The notes under the pieces: generated by a model | Database searches by the model: none | Told to the model about the DNA's origin: nothing | What the model saw: only the letters and a program-made list of their open reading frames with translations | Position numbers and translations under genes: made by a program | Part shown: positions 28,414 to 44,410 of the stretch, piece after piece | How the letters are laid out: each line of letters begins with the position of its first letter | Numbering within the stretch: position 1 is the first letter of the stretch | Source: the human T2T-CHM13v2.0 reference genome, Homo sapiens | Assembly: GCF_009914755.1 (NCBI RefSeq) | Contig: NC_060932.1 | Length of the DNA: 64,000 bases | Direction: 5' to 3' (one strand)

Positions 28414-29164
28414 ATACCATTCACCCCTTTTTCTGTTAGATATTCATCTTTTTATTTAACAGTTCTTTATACATTACAAATATCAATCACTGCCCATCTT
28501 ATATGTTCCCAATATGAAATCTTGGGCTTTACCGACAAGGACCTGGGTCACAAATAGGTCTCACAAACTGTGCATGGTGAAATAACCGATGCTGGGAGAG
28601 AACTCTACAGAAACCAGATCTTACCAAATGGAGGTCCCTTTGAGGACTCCATATTTATACCATAAAGGCAACCAATTACGTTGCTCATGGTTGGAATTTA
28701 TTTTATCTTTTCCTTTACCCAGAAATGGAAGAGTTCTGGTGCCTGTGCATTGGTTTGCATCTGTCTCTGTCCTTATGTTCAACCCTTCTCTGCAGTCTTT
28801 TCTGCGAGAAACAACAGAAGAAAACAATGTCTCCTGGAGTTGCATAGTAACCAAACAGTCCCCGCTGATGGTTTATGAGCCTGACACATTATATTAACAG
28901 AGTTTCCAACACCACAGAGGGACCAATTTCTCTTAAAACTTTAAGATAATCATCCCATTAAATCATGCCAATCCGACACAAGGAATCTGACAAGCAAAGT
29001 GTCTACTTAAATGTTATACAAAATAGATAACTCTGAATGCTAAAATAACTACTTCTTTTTGGGTGAAGCCACAGTTTTCTTGTAAATAATTTCTTAACAG
29101 CCTCTATCATTTATACCGTCATATAAAGTAGGTGGATTGCTTGGAAACGTTGTAAACTCATTGA

Positions 29165-29826
<662 letters not shown>

Positions 29827-30564
29827 TGAGACTCCTACATTTCATAACTGTAGCAGAACACTTTAAATATGTTTATTTTTGTTTAAAAAGATGCAAAGTC
29901 ATCACCTACCCCACTGCTATAAAGGTATAAAAATGCTAATGTAATCTTTTTAAATCTGTTATTGCTTCTCTGGGAGGAATATGAGGTAAATCGAACCTAC
30001 ACTGATGCAGCAAAATTCAAAGCATTTGACAGAAGTTCATTTTCCTTAGTCGCCACCAGGCAATGATAATGGTTGTAAACAGCATATGCCAGATATCTGT
30101 ATCTTGTCTTTTGGAGGGTTCCAGCTTACCTTCCATCTATCTGTTCTTCTAAGAATGAAAGTTAATCTGCTTTTTCACAGAAGTCATTTTTTGATAGTTG
30201 TTATACATAATTTGAACAGAATTTAAGTATGTATTCTTATGTGACTTAACTTAGAGAATATGTTATAGTTAACCCTTTCACTCTTTTGCTTACAAGCCTG
30301 AAAGTCGAAAATGTGTGAAACACTTGATGTTCTTCTTTACTTTCTTCAGGTATTTAATTTTTCTCAGTGTCAGAAATTTTATCTTCAATGGAACATATGT
30401 TCCCATCTGCCCTTTTTGTCTCATCACTAAAAAACACAGTGTCAACATTTATAGGAAAAACTCTCTCTGCCTCACAAAGTTATCTCTCTCCGCCTCACAA
30501 AGTTGTTATGATACTCAAAGGTATAATAACATTAATAAAACTAGCTACATTTATTAAACTCGGT

Positions 30565-30858
30565 TGTATAATAAATAATTTGACTGGTCTTTGTCCCTGG
30601 TTCCTGGAAGGGAGACTCTAAATTCTTGGAATTTTCTAAATGATAAGAGTGCCTTTGTTATTCACAATGGATCTCTGGGACCACACTTACATGTCAGCAC
30701 AATCTCCCAGCCTCGGTGGAAAAGAGGGGACTGGAGATTGAGTCCAAAGACGTGGCCAGTGATTCAACCAATTGTGCCTGTGTAATGAAACCTTAATAAC
30801 TGTGGACCCTGAAGTTTGGTGGAGCTTCCTGGTTGGTAAACATATCAGAACACGTTGT
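30565..30858 (+). mobile_element. MER21-like LTR fragment
   Basis: tggtctttgtccctggttcctgg...cttggaattt...tgataagagtg...ttgttattca matches the recalled MER21 5' part. Confidence 0.6.
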
Positions 30859-31929
30859 GAAATACAACAGAAAAATTACTTCTCGAATTCAAGGGAATAT
30901 AAGGTATATTAAAAGTCTGAAATAAAGCAAGCTGTAGTTTTTTCTCGGCAATGAAGAGGTCATTCTTGTCTGTGTTTCCCAGGTCCTCTTTCCTGAACTG
31001 AGGCCTACCCTGTTATAGCACTGGTAATTAAAATCATGTCAGTGAGAGACACTTAATGATTATGAAATCTTTTCATCTTAAAACTGTGATGTGAGAACAA
31101 GACCCTGCAATATATAAATTATATGCAAATGATAAAGAGAACATGCAAATTGAAAACTTGGAAACTAAAAGCTCACACATAGCCCAAACATTCCTTAAAT
31201 GAAGAATGAAATTTCCCTTCTAGAAACTGAGAGATACTATATCCAAAGATTTGACCTGCTTATTACTCAGATGACTGTGTTTTACAGTTAAAACCCTTGG
31301 ATAAAGCTATTTCATATAGCAAGAAAATAAAAATTATCAAAGTTGAACCTACTGGCTGTCACTTTGCATGCCAGAATTCTGACAGACATCCCTGAGTAAC
31401 ATCCACAAGCCCCAAGAGATGAATACTGGAAGATTCTTTAATATTAGATTCCTCCCAAAATGACGGATGAGAGTCAGATCTCACCCGGGAGAAGCATCAT
31501 GGGAAATAACCAAGGTGCCAAATAAGAAAGATTAAATCCATCCAATTTTACATGAGCTAAAGGAGAGCTCATTGAGCCTGAAGAAATAGGCAATAATATG
31601 ACAAAGAAAAATAAAGAGGGTAGGAAAAATAGAGGGCAAGAAAAATAACTTGAATAAACTGATTTTAAATCTATGAAAAAATTGGACTTTCTGCAAAAAT
31701 AATTTCCAAGTTCAAATTGTTGTTCAGAGGAGCTGAATTGGAAAGTAAATTATATGCAATGGACATGAGCAACAATCTCAGTTTATTACAATAGCCCTTT
31801 TAATGCCATCTCTATCTGCACAGGTTTGCCAACTCACTATAACCTTGAACATCACAGCAGTTTGTTTACTCCAACTGTTTAAACCCTCACTAATTTGTAG
31901 CAATTAGTAGAAACCTAGCTTCATTCTGA

Positions 31930-32410
<481 letters not shown>

Positions 32411-33061
32411 AATGATGTAAAGTTTTAAAGTCATGTGACCTGCATCAGGCTGTCTACGCCAGTGTTCATTAGTTAAGATAATAGATCACATACTGTAGTC
32501 AACAGCCTAGAGGAAATTCTCCATTAGAAGTGTTAGAAGATTGAATGAAATTATTTCTTTTGTCTTACCAGTTTTCTTATTCTGTAATTTGGATAAAGCA
32601 TCATAATTGTCCATTAAATCTTTAATGTAAGTAAACAGTTTTTCCTTTCAAGTAATTTTAAACATCCCTACGTTAAATTTTAATTTTATTATTCATTTTG
32701 TAAGCATTATATCAATAGTCATGAACACTTGCCAAAGTTTTTCTTCTCAAACATTGTTTTCACTGAATCCCTGAGTGTATCTGAAGATTTTGTGTTTCCC
32801 AGTCATCAAGCTCAAACACCTTCCATCATGTTGCCTAACTTAATTCTTAAAATGCTACCAGTTCTCTTAAAATCTCTTAATATTTTACAAATCCTTTTAC
32901 AGCTCTTAAAATGCAACAAATTCTCTTTTTTTAAGACAAGATTTTTAATTTACTCTTCTCTGCCAACATGTATTTAGCTCGATTCCAAGGTTTTACACAT
33001 GCTGTTTCTTGCTAGAATTGACTTTTTCCCCTTTCTAATTTAAAGGCTACATAAACATTAA

Positions 33062-33537
<476 letters not shown>

Positions 33538-34856
33538 AATACTTTCTTAACTATAGTCTGTGTGGCTTACAGTCTAAGTCCTTCATGGTCTTCAGTTTCG
33601 TTTATATGAACGAGAAATTATGCAAGTTCTATGCCATATAGTTCTCAAGTTGGTTGTCATTTATTTAAGACAGATACCATATTTTAAATGTTTTTTTCTC
33701 CCTGTAAATGGATAAGAATACTGTTGAGTGCATGATATTGTAAATCGTGGATGACTTATACAGTATTTTCTTAATTTGATGACATACACACTTAGCAATT
33801 ACGTGGAGTTATTCTAATATGATGAAAAGGCTGGGATTCACTTTCCTTGAAAATGACAAGTGGCCATAGGAGGATGCTCCCATGAAGACCTGGCCCCATA
33901 GTTCAGGTGAGTGGGAAGATGCATACACGTACCACGCTTGTATGTCCAAACAACAGAAGAGGAAAAAGCCACCTCCCTAACTTCCAATGACATGATTTAT
34001 AGAAGCCACCTGAAACTTGACACGAGTATGTCTGGAATAGTGGCACCAAGGCTCCAGCAGAACAATAAAGTGCTTGCCTCTCTTAAGCAAGCTGAATCCA
34101 AAAGTCCCAGAGAGGGAAATACAGGATTTCCCCTGGCTGTCAGCACAGTGAGTCAGCGTCTCCTGCACTAAACAATGGATGAATACACAGCCACTTAGAG
34201 ACCTTTCATCTTTATCCTTTTTTAGCAAAGCATGTGCCTTCTTTTCATAGGTAGGATCACTGACGCCTCACGCTCTGCCCCCTCTTCACCATCATCTGTT
34301 AAACAGGAAATCTGCAACACTCTTTTCAGTAAACGGGAGGGGTCTGCTGTCAACCAAAATGAAGGCAAAAAGTTTTAACTCAGGCCAGTCTTTCTGAAGC
34401 TGGGTAAAATGATAAGGAAATGGAAAGTAACACCTGGAAGAACTGGTGATCTGCTCCAAAGGCAGACATAATTCCTTATGAGTGAACTAAATTTTATCTG
34501 GAGGCCATGCCCTGGATTGCTTAAATGCCTGTTTACACAGGACATTTTAGACATGGTTACTCAAATAAAATATAAACCTAAAACCTGGAAATTCACCTCT
34601 TTAAAAGAAATGCATGGACCATAGTTTTCACATGAATTCTTCTATTTTTAAACCCAGCATACAAAAGAGGAGAAAATTATATTTTAAAATTCATACTTCT
34701 ATGGACTCAATGCCATCATTCATCACTACTCAACAACAGCCGTGAAAACCTACCAATCCAAGCAGTGTCAGCCCAATGTCATGTACTCTACACTATTCTC
34801 ATCAACATACAGAGAGGAGGAGAATAAGTTTAAGTCAGGGTATCTACCTTAAATGA

Positions 34857-35175
<319 letters not shown>

Positions 35176-35611
35176 GTATGTCTCACTTTCTATGTTACAA
35201 CATGGCACTCTTCTTTTCTAGGAAAAGCTGAAAAACTTGAGTATAATCCACACAGGGACCTAATAAATGCTCCTGAACACCAGTCAAGGGCATCATCCCT
35301 AGGTCTGTTGGTTAGGAATTGTACTTGTCTGCTAGTGTCAAAAACCCCGAACTCAATGGCTTAAGCAACATAGGGTTTGTTTATTTTTCTCATGGGAGAT
35401 TGGTAGTCAAGTGCTGGTATGGAGGCTTCACAATTTCGTCACAAAGTGAGTATTGCTTTAGTTTTGTACTTTCCCTCTTTAGAGTATGACCTTTATCCTC
35501 ACTCTCAAAAGGACCTCAAGAGCCATCATGCAAGGAAAAAAGGGAACATAGAAACACTTCATTATCTAGTTCATGACATACTGGAAAAAAGTATGTCAGC
35601 TGCATTCATCC

Positions 35612-35756
35612 TATTTATTTATTTATTTGAGACAGGGTCCCGCTCTGTTGCCCAGGCTGGAGTGCGATGGCACGATCATGCCTCCCTGCAGCCTTGAGTT
35701 CCCGGGTTCAAGTGATCCTCCCACCTCAGTCTCCGCAATAGCTGGGCCTTCAGGCG
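35612..35756 (-). mobile_element. AluJ right-arm fragment
   Basis: (TTTA)n tail plus gagacagggtcccgctctg...atcatg...ctgcagccttga. It is truncated at a G-run. Confidence 0.85.
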
Positions 35757-36699
35757 GGGGGAGGGGGGGTGCGATGAGTACCTTTTAAAAAGCTTTTCTG
35801 GAAATCCTACTCAGTGGTTTCCTCTTTTACATAAATGGCCAGAAAACAGTCACCTGGACACATCTCACTGCAAGCAAGTCTTGGAGAATATGATGTTAGG
35901 CCTTTTTAGAAATGAAAGGGAGGAAATAGGTAATTTGCAGGCTACAGTTTCTGCTATGATAGAGAAGTGCACTGCAATGCCCATTCCTGCTCAGAAGCCT
36001 GTCTAGACAGTGTCGTATCAAAAGCTCCTCTGTTTCCCCATGAAGTACTACTTAGTTAGCAGCTGGTTTCAAAATAATAATAGCTGCCATGCATGGAGCA
36101 TCACTTCAACTTTATGTGTCCTATGTTTAATTTTGGCAATAATTATTCATTTATACAATACTTTTAACAATCATTAAGAAAATAAAATTCTCCTAGTGTT
36201 AAATGTGCATAAAAATATCTAGATCATGAGGTGTTTCTATGTTGCCTTATGTTCATTGTGCTATCCTGCATTATGTAGGATCCCTGTAGCTCTGCCCAGT
36301 TAGATGTTAGTTATTTCTCTTTCAGAAATAGTGTCTAATGGCTTGCACCAACCCAGGGACATTTCAAATATCACAAAAATAACATTGGACAACTTTTCTC
36401 AAGAGACTTCATTTCTGTTTTCCCTTGTCAAGTCACCTTTTTATATTCTTCATTTATGCCTTTAGGTCTTAAATGATATAGGCATTTTCTTCAGAATTTT
36501 CATTGTGATGTAAAGTAGTTAAGCCTTTCTTCCATCACCCATTAAGTGGAAAAACACATTTACTGGGAAGCATGTTGTAGGAATCATTTATTTTTGCTTC
36601 CACTTGAACTCATGTTGATGCGTAATACTTAGGGTTAGAAATGTAGAGCAGTCAGTTGCATTTAATTTCAGGAATCTCAACTTGCCCACTAATGTATAT

Positions 36700-37306
36700 C
36701 AAGTTAATCCTCATTATTAAGATTTCATATTTGTGAATTTCCCTACCAGCTAGAACGTATCTGTAACTCTTCAATCAATACCTGTAGTGCCGTTTGGTCA
36801 TTTGCAGACATGCACAAGTGGGGAAAAACTGGGGTCTAACAAAGTGATGTTCTGCTCTTATGTTCTGTACTCCCTATTAACAAGTGTACTTTTTCCAGTC
36901 TGTTTAGAGCCACCTTTTCTGCATTTTTGTTCCTTTTGCTGGTAATTTTTCTGTTACCCTCACCCCTACAGGATAGTGTTGTTCCGTCCTCCTAAGGGCA
37001 AGGAAGCTGACATTTCTCTTACAGAGAAAATACGTTCATAGGCAACTTTGTTCAAGAATGTATGTAGTGCTGCTGGCCAGGAGTTCAATGTTAATCATTC
37101 AACAATATATGTTAAATAATGTGTTTTTAAGCAGAGACACACGTAAAATAAGGTATGTATTGATTTGTTGATGAAAATGTTGTGAGCAGAGGCTCGTGGG
37201 ACCCTCACCCTACATTTCCCCTAAGAGCAGTGATTCAGTATTCACAAATTCAGTGTTCCTGGTGACTTTATAGAACATAACTACCACAGATAACAATAAT
37301 TAATAG
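36700..37306 (+). mobile_element. MER82 (TcMar-Tigger) DNA transposon
   Basis: gttaatcctcattatt...catatttgtgaattt start and gactttatagaacataactacc end match the recalled MER82. Confidence 0.7.
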
Positions 37307-37714
37307 TTTTTGATTTAGGTGGCCCCTACATTAGACCTTTCACAATCAAACCAGAAGATGCAGACCTTTATTTTTCTTGATTTCATGCCTCCACGGTCTA
37401 ACTACTTATGTTACGAAACTCAAGAGGTCATTATTCTCAGCTATAGAAAAAGAGCCCACAGAAAAAGGAGATTTTTCCAACAATCCTTTTTTGAATAATA
37501 GGATTGACAGAATGTAATTTTGTGCTCTTTTAGTGGGTGTTGGAGTCCGAATCTTTTTCATCATTTCTGTTTTCCAATTATTATCTACATGGAGCTACTT
37601 TTCATAGAAAAACAGTCTCTTTCTAATAGCACGCATAGGTAACTCTGGTAGCCAAGGGTATCCAGTAATTCTAGCAGGTGGTGTCACTAGAAGCTGACCA
37701 CCATACTACATTCT

Positions 37715-37723
37715 TCCTCTCTC

Positions 37724-37754
<31 letters not shown>

Positions 37755-38037
37755 ATTTGAAATAGGGTCTTGCTCCGTCACTTAGGCTAGAGTGCAGTGG
37801 CATGGTTATGGTTCACTGCAGCCTCGAACTCCTGGGCTCAAGCAATCCTCCTGCCTCAACCTCCCATGTAACTGGGACCACAGGTTCATGCCACCATGCC
37901 CAGCTAATTTTTTTACTTTTTGTAGAGATGAGGTCTCACTTTGTTGCCCAGGCTGGTCTCAAACTCTTGGCCTCAAGCAATTCCCCCGCCTCAGCCTCCA
38001 GAAGTTCTAGGATTACAGGTATGAGCCACTGTGCCTG
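37715..38037 (-). mobile_element. AluJ
   Basis: J diagnostics, TSD ctacattct. Confidence 0.9.
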
Positions 38038-38282
38038 CTACATTCTCTACCTTCTCTTCTTTATCTCTCTATCTCTCTTCCTTTTTTACACACACAGAAA
38101 CCTACTCAAGGCTCCGCTCACTTAAGACCATTCAACACCACTAATTTATATAATGAAAATTTACCTAGTATTCACTGTGGACTATGTAAATAATTCTGGG
38201 AGATAAAAAAAGTGACTGATTTCTCAGGAAATGTAGGGTCTGATGGAGCAGTAACCAAGAGCAATCAAGAAATATTTTTTTA

Positions 38283-38466
38283 AAAAGAAAGAGAAAGGAA
38301 GAGAGAAAGAGAGAAGAAAAGGAAGGAAGAGATGAAAGAAGGAGGAAAGAAAGAAATAACGAAAGAAAGAGAAAGAAAGAGAGAGGAAGGAAGGAAGGAA
38401 GGAAAGAAGGAAGGAAGGAAGGAAAAGAAGAAGGGAGGGAGGGAGGAAGGAATGAAGGGAGGGAGG
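38283..38466. repeat. Polypurine (GGAA/GA)n low-complexity tract; continues at 38752-38805 after the Alu
   Basis: Read directly. Confidence 0.93.
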
Positions 38467-38751
38467 GGCCGGGCAAGGTGGCTCACACCTGTAATCCCAG
38501 CAGTTTGAGAGGCTGAGGCAGGTGGATTGCTTGAGGCCAGGAGTTCAAGACCAGCCTAGCCAACATAGCAAAATCCTGTCTCTACTAAAATACAAAAATA
38601 AGCCAGTCGTGATGGTGGGTGCCTGTAATCCCAGCTACTCCGGAGGCTGAGGCAGGAGAATCGCTTGAACCGGGAGGCAGAGGTTGCAGTGAGCCGGGAT
38701 CATGCCACTGCCTTCCAACTTGGGCGACAGAGCCAGACTCCATCAAAAAAA
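38467..38751 (+). mobile_element. AluS
   Basis: ggccgggcaaggtggctcacacctgtaatccc start and a full body. Confidence 0.92.
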
Positions 38752-41440
38752 GAAAGAAAGAGAGAAAGAGAGAGAGAGAGAGATAGGAAAAAGGAAAGAG
38801 AAAGAGTACACTTATCTTTGAGCCCTTTTGCCATTTGCTTCTTACCTAGATAAAGCTGCAAGCCTGTGAGCAGCACTGCCTGCAAAATGATATAAGAGAG
38901 GGGTGTGTGTTTGCAACTGTGTGTGTTTGCATGTGTTTGTGTGTGAGAGCATGTATCCTCAGCTTTCAGTTTCTTGGCCCTGTATAAAAATATTCTAGAC
39001 AAGGAAGTTGTTTTTAAAAACATATGAAGCAAGGCCTTCTGTGTGAGTTCATGGTTGCTGATTTCCACCTTAATTGGGAGTTGTTTCATGTTGCCTGGTG
39101 AACACTTTGCAAATGTCACAAGTTTCAGCTTTGTGTCTAAGATTGGTAAATCTCTATAATTTACCTAAAGTCACTGGTAATTTATCTTGTCTTCTACTGT
39201 GCTACTAAGAACTCAGGAGATGGCACTGAATTTATGGGAAGTATCAGACGATTAATTCTCAATGAGAATCTCAAATTCATCATATTCTTTTTTTCTGATT
39301 GTGCATAATGAGATTAACTTACCCACGTATAAGATAAGGAGAAGCTAAAGACTGGTGTGCAAAACTCTAGCTTAGAGTGTTCAGGGGAGGAGTCATGCTT
39401 CTTTTGAGGATTTTCTGCCATCTTCCTTTACATTGTCTGTAGTACTCTGTTACGTGAAAAGGAGCCCTTAGACATTGCTCTCTTGAAAAATCATATAATA
39501 GCCTTGAATTTCATCCAACATCTCTTTCGTAATTCTAAGAGCTCAGCTTTGCACAAAAGATAAAAGACAAAAGCAAAACAAAACTACAAGCCAAAAAAAA
39601 AAAAAAAAAAGACAAAGGGAAACAGAAATGAGTCAACCAGATGTAGAAAAAGAGAGAAAACCTTGGCAACAGCTATAAAACTACCACAAAAAAACACATT
39701 ATATTTCTATTCAACCTACTTCCAGAAGTTATTTGAGATACTTAAATTGCCCTATCTAATGCCTAAGTTGGTGCCTGACCTACAAAATTAAATGTTAAAT
39801 AATTAAAATAATGAACAGAAAATGTAAAAAGTCATAACGAAAGGGAAGCAGTTATTAAGCCAGGAAATGTTGACTAAGGATATTTGCAAAAATTGAATGT
39901 CACAATTTAATTGTGAGTTTCTTGCAGCTGAAGCAAAAATTGAAAATCTGTAACATACAAATTCCTTATTACCCCATGAATTCTGAGGAAACCATTACAT
40001 CAAGAGATTCCATATCCTCTTAGAGTTTGGTCTCATAATAAAAAGTCCATTGTGTGAATTATGACTAGAGACATCAGATTTTAATCAATGTGTGCCCTTC
40101 TCCTGCCTTCAACTATATAAACAGAGCACAACTACCTTTTGTTTGAGCATTTTTATTGGAAGGTGATAGTGATGAAGTCCCCATTGCAGTCCAGAGATGC
40201 AGGGTGCCAGGTCCCTTGATGGATCTCTGATCAGCTGACTGTATTAGTGTGGGGCAGTGCTTGGTTTCAGCTCACCCAGCTTTTCCAGCTTCCACTGGAT
40301 CTGGTCCTTTTGCTTCTTTGGACCACAAATCAGGTGTATGTATGCAAATCTGCAGCAAAGTACCCTTATTTCTGTTGCAGGTCACTGACACTGTCAAGTT
40401 CAGAGGTGGTGAGAGACACAGATTGCAGGTATCTTTGTAAGTTCCAATTCGTCCCCCACACCAGGTTCAGCTTGTCTTTACTCTCCCCTGAGTCACTTCG
40501 AGTTTGGTTCTACTGATCTACAGGAAGCTTCTTCCCACCACTGAATTCAAGGGACAGTCTTCCCATATGTCTTTACCAGCTCTCGCAAATGAGTAAGGTC
40601 TAATTCCTATAAAAAATTTCTTATTCCATGTCATTCTTAGTAGTTTTGTTTGCCTGATTTGATACCTAAGTTGCTCCATCCAATGCCTAAGTTGGTGCCT
40701 GGATACTGTCATAATGTAAAACTAAAACATGGAGCATTCTCTGTGGGACTATACAGTGGGCAAAAACTGGAATGTCTTTGATAGTAGCCTTAAAGGATAG
40801 TAAGAAAATTGTCATTGAACACTGAATACAAAGAAATTTGTGTTATGTAATGGCAGAAATTTTACCAAAACTATGGTCTGTGGTAACATGGAAAATAGAA
40901 AATATGACTAATGAAATAGAAATGCCAATTAATTTATTTTAGCTACATATGATAAAGTATCAATAGATAAAGATAAGCTAAAATAAAGTACTATGTCTGT
41001 TTTTAAGCAGAAGTTTGAAGCAATATTCAGGAGTCAGGCCTTGATGGATTTGAAACTAAAACTATTTTTTTATTTCTAACTTCTCTACATGGAAAAAGAC
41101 TCTCAAAGTAAGAAATAACCTCAGGGTAAAGAAAAAAAATCAAGAGTTTCGTTATAAGACCCTGTATTAAAACTTCAAAATGATTTAAGTACATGCCTCA
41201 TAAACCCTTTCAACTAAACCAAAAGGTGTCTGAGAAATATAAGGGTTTTGTCTTACAGCATCCAGATTCTCAGCCTAAGCCAGAAATGTGGAGGAATGGA
41301 TTTTGTTTAATGGAATGAACCCTAACAAGATTTACAGAAAACCTACAAGGCGTTTTACTATAATTATACTAGCAGAAGCATTCGATGCTTGGATTAAAAA
41401 GGATAGAGACAAAAACATCTTTGAACTCCTAACTTCCTGA

Positions 41441-41785
<345 letters not shown>

Positions 41786-41989
41786 TGAGAAAGAAGAGAT
41801 ATTTCAGAGAGCAGAGCTTAGAGTCCTGACAGCAGAACTAAGATCAACAAAAAAACAGATCCAAGGAGCATCTAATTAAGATATTAATGATACATTTCTG
41901 ATGAAATTTTGAAATTGCTGTGGACTAATGGCTGCTATATGTCCCCTATTTCTTTTCTTTTTCAATGAGAGTGTCTATTTTAATTAATT

Positions 41990-42126
41990 TTTGTTTTTAT
42001 TTTTATATTTATATTTTAGAGACAGAGCCTGTCTATGTCATTCAGACTGGCCTCAAACTCCAGGGCTCAACAAAGCCTCCTGCCTCAACTTCCCCAGTAG
42101 CTGGGACTACAGGTATATGCTCAGCT
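41990..42126 (-). mobile_element. Alu monomer (FLAM/FRAM-like)
   Basis: A single degenerate arm, tagagacagag...ggcctcaaactcc...gtagctgggactacagg. Confidence 0.7.
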
Positions 42127-42137
42127 TCAATTATTTT

Positions 42138-42554
42138 TGTATTAGTTTGCCAGGGCTGTTATAACAAAGTGCCACCAACTGGGTGGCTTAGACAACAGAA
42201 ATTTATTGCTTCACAGTTCTGGAGGCTGGACGTCCAAAATCAAGGTGTTGGTAGAATTGGTTCCTTCTGAGGACTGTGAGGAAGGAATCTGTTCCAAGCC
42301 TCTCTCCTTGGCTTATGGATGACCATCTTCTCCCTGTTCCTCTTCAGATTGTCTTTCTTCTATGTATGTCTGTGTCAAAATTTCCCCTTTTTATAAGAAT
42401 GCCAGGTGTATTGGATTAAAAGCCCACCCTACTCTAGTATGACCTCATCCTATTTACATATGCAATGACTCTACTTCCAAATAATTTCACATTCTGAGGT
42501 ACTGGGGATTACTTCAACATATGAATTTCGAGGGGCACAATTTAACCAATAACA
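42138..42554 (-). mobile_element. MLT1B-like solo LTR
   Basis: tgtattagttt...acaacagaaatttatt...cacagttctggaggctgg...ttcaacatatgaattt...aataaca. Confidence 0.85.
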
Positions 42555-42812
42555 ATTATTTTCCTGATCACTCTTGTATGTTGGGTGTGTGCACAGGAGC
42601 AGCTAACTTGTTTACAGGTTTTCAGACAGGAAGAAAATGTTCTTGAGGAATTGTACCCATAAACCTCTTCTACATCTGCATTTGATTTGTCTGAAGAGAT
42701 CCTAGATTTCAAGATCACTGCATTGGGATAAAATTACAGGGATCTTAGAGGAGTGGCAAGTGTATTTTGCAGGTGGGAGGGATGTGAATTGTTGTGGACT
42801 GAGGAGGTGGAT

Positions 42813-43320
42813 TCTGGCAGACTGTAACCAAGGAGAGCCACAGTATCCCATCCTGCATGATCTTCTGGACAGGACCTTGCCACTTCTCCATCAAAAGTTG
42901 TGGTCTATTATCTTTCCCTTGAATCCTTGCTGACCTTAACAAACTCATTTGGCCAATAGAATGTGGGAGATATGACAGTCTAATATTGATGACTCAAACT
43001 CATGTAAGCATCATTACAGCCTCTGTCTAGATATCTTGGAGAATTTGTTCTTGGGGGATTCCTTTTTGGAATCCATTTACCTTAGTGTGAAAAGCCCATG
43101 GAAAGACCATATTCACAAGCTCCACCTACATTTCCAGCCAATGCCAGCACGATCTTTCAGACACGTGAATGAGTTTATCTTGGGATATGCAACGAATTTG
43201 AGCTTTTAGATGACTGAAGCCCCTAACAACGCCTGCCTTCAAGCATTTGAAAAATTAGAATAGAAAACCACGTAGCTCAGCCCAGTTCCTCTCAGAACCA
43301 CAACATTTACAAATAGTTTT
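42813..43320 (+). mobile_element. MLT1F/H-like 3' LTR of the MaLR remnant
   Basis: ccttgccacttctccatcaa...ggccaatagaatgtgg...ccagccaatgccagca, directly after the purine tract. Confidence 0.6.
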
Positions 43321-43349
43321 AATGCATTACCATTCAAAATCTCACAGAC

Positions 43350-43386
43350 GTGTGTGTGCGTGCGTGTGTGTGAGTGTGTGTGTGTA
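43350..43386. repeat. (TG)n microsatellite
   Basis: Read directly. Confidence 0.9.
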
Positions 43387-43729
43387 TTGGTAAAAGAGAT
43401 TTGAGGAAATGTTCAAGGATCATCTGAAAAAAAAAGAAGAAAATATATTAGCAAAGAAAATTTCGAAAACAAAAGTAACGATGGGGGATTTACTAGTAAA
43501 TTGAAACATTTTCAAGCTACCATAGTCAAAATGCTGACACTGGCACAGAAAGAGAGACATTATAGCAGGAGAGGGAGAGAGAGAGAGAAAGAGAGAGAGA
43601 GAGGAGAACTCTATAGTTTACTTCAAGATGGAATAAAAGTTAACTATAATAAATACATTATTTTCAGATAACTATACATTTAACTATAATTAGTGAAACC
43701 ACAAAATAGAGTCTGTGGCTATAACCTTA

Positions 43730-44410
43730 GACATATCTACCATATTCTCTCTGCCAGGTTATACTAATAGCCTCCTATCTTGCTCTTTTGCTTCTATTTA
43801 GACCCACTTCCAAGCCATTTTTCCACCAAGCAAAGTGAACATATCATCTTCTCACTGGAAACTTTCCAAAAGTTCTAAAGTTGGAAATCCAAACTTCTCC
43901 TCATGATTTATAAAGAACCATGGGATCTGGTCCTGTTATATTCCCAAGGTTGCATTCTGCATCACCTGCTATACTTGAGTCAGACTGGCCTTCTTTCTGT
44001 CATGGAACCCACCAAGCCTGCTCTCATTTCCAAGTCTTTGCACTCACCATTATTATCTCTCCTTGCAATGAGGCTTCCCACACATGCCTAGGACTGTCTC
44101 TTTCTTATCATTTGGTTTCATTTCTAATGCCTCCTCCTGAAGTCTTCATCTGAAACTAAGTTTAAACATGCACCCCTCACATGGATGGGCACTCAATTTT
44201 CAATTGTCCTATTTTTTTTTTCTTCGTGAACCTATCACTATCTGAAACAGCTTGTTTATTTAATTAGTAGACCATTTATGTTGATTATTGTAAATCTGCT
44301 GTGACTAGATTGCAAACTCAACGAAGGTAGGAATTTTGGCTCCATCATTTTTACAACCCCAGCACCTAGATCAGTGTCAGCTATGTAATGGTCACTTGGT
44401 AGAAATTTCT
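43730..44410 (+). mobile_element. L2 3' portion
   Basis: aatagcctcct, aaatccaaacttctc, gactagattgcaaactc...ccccagcacctaga. Confidence 0.65.
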
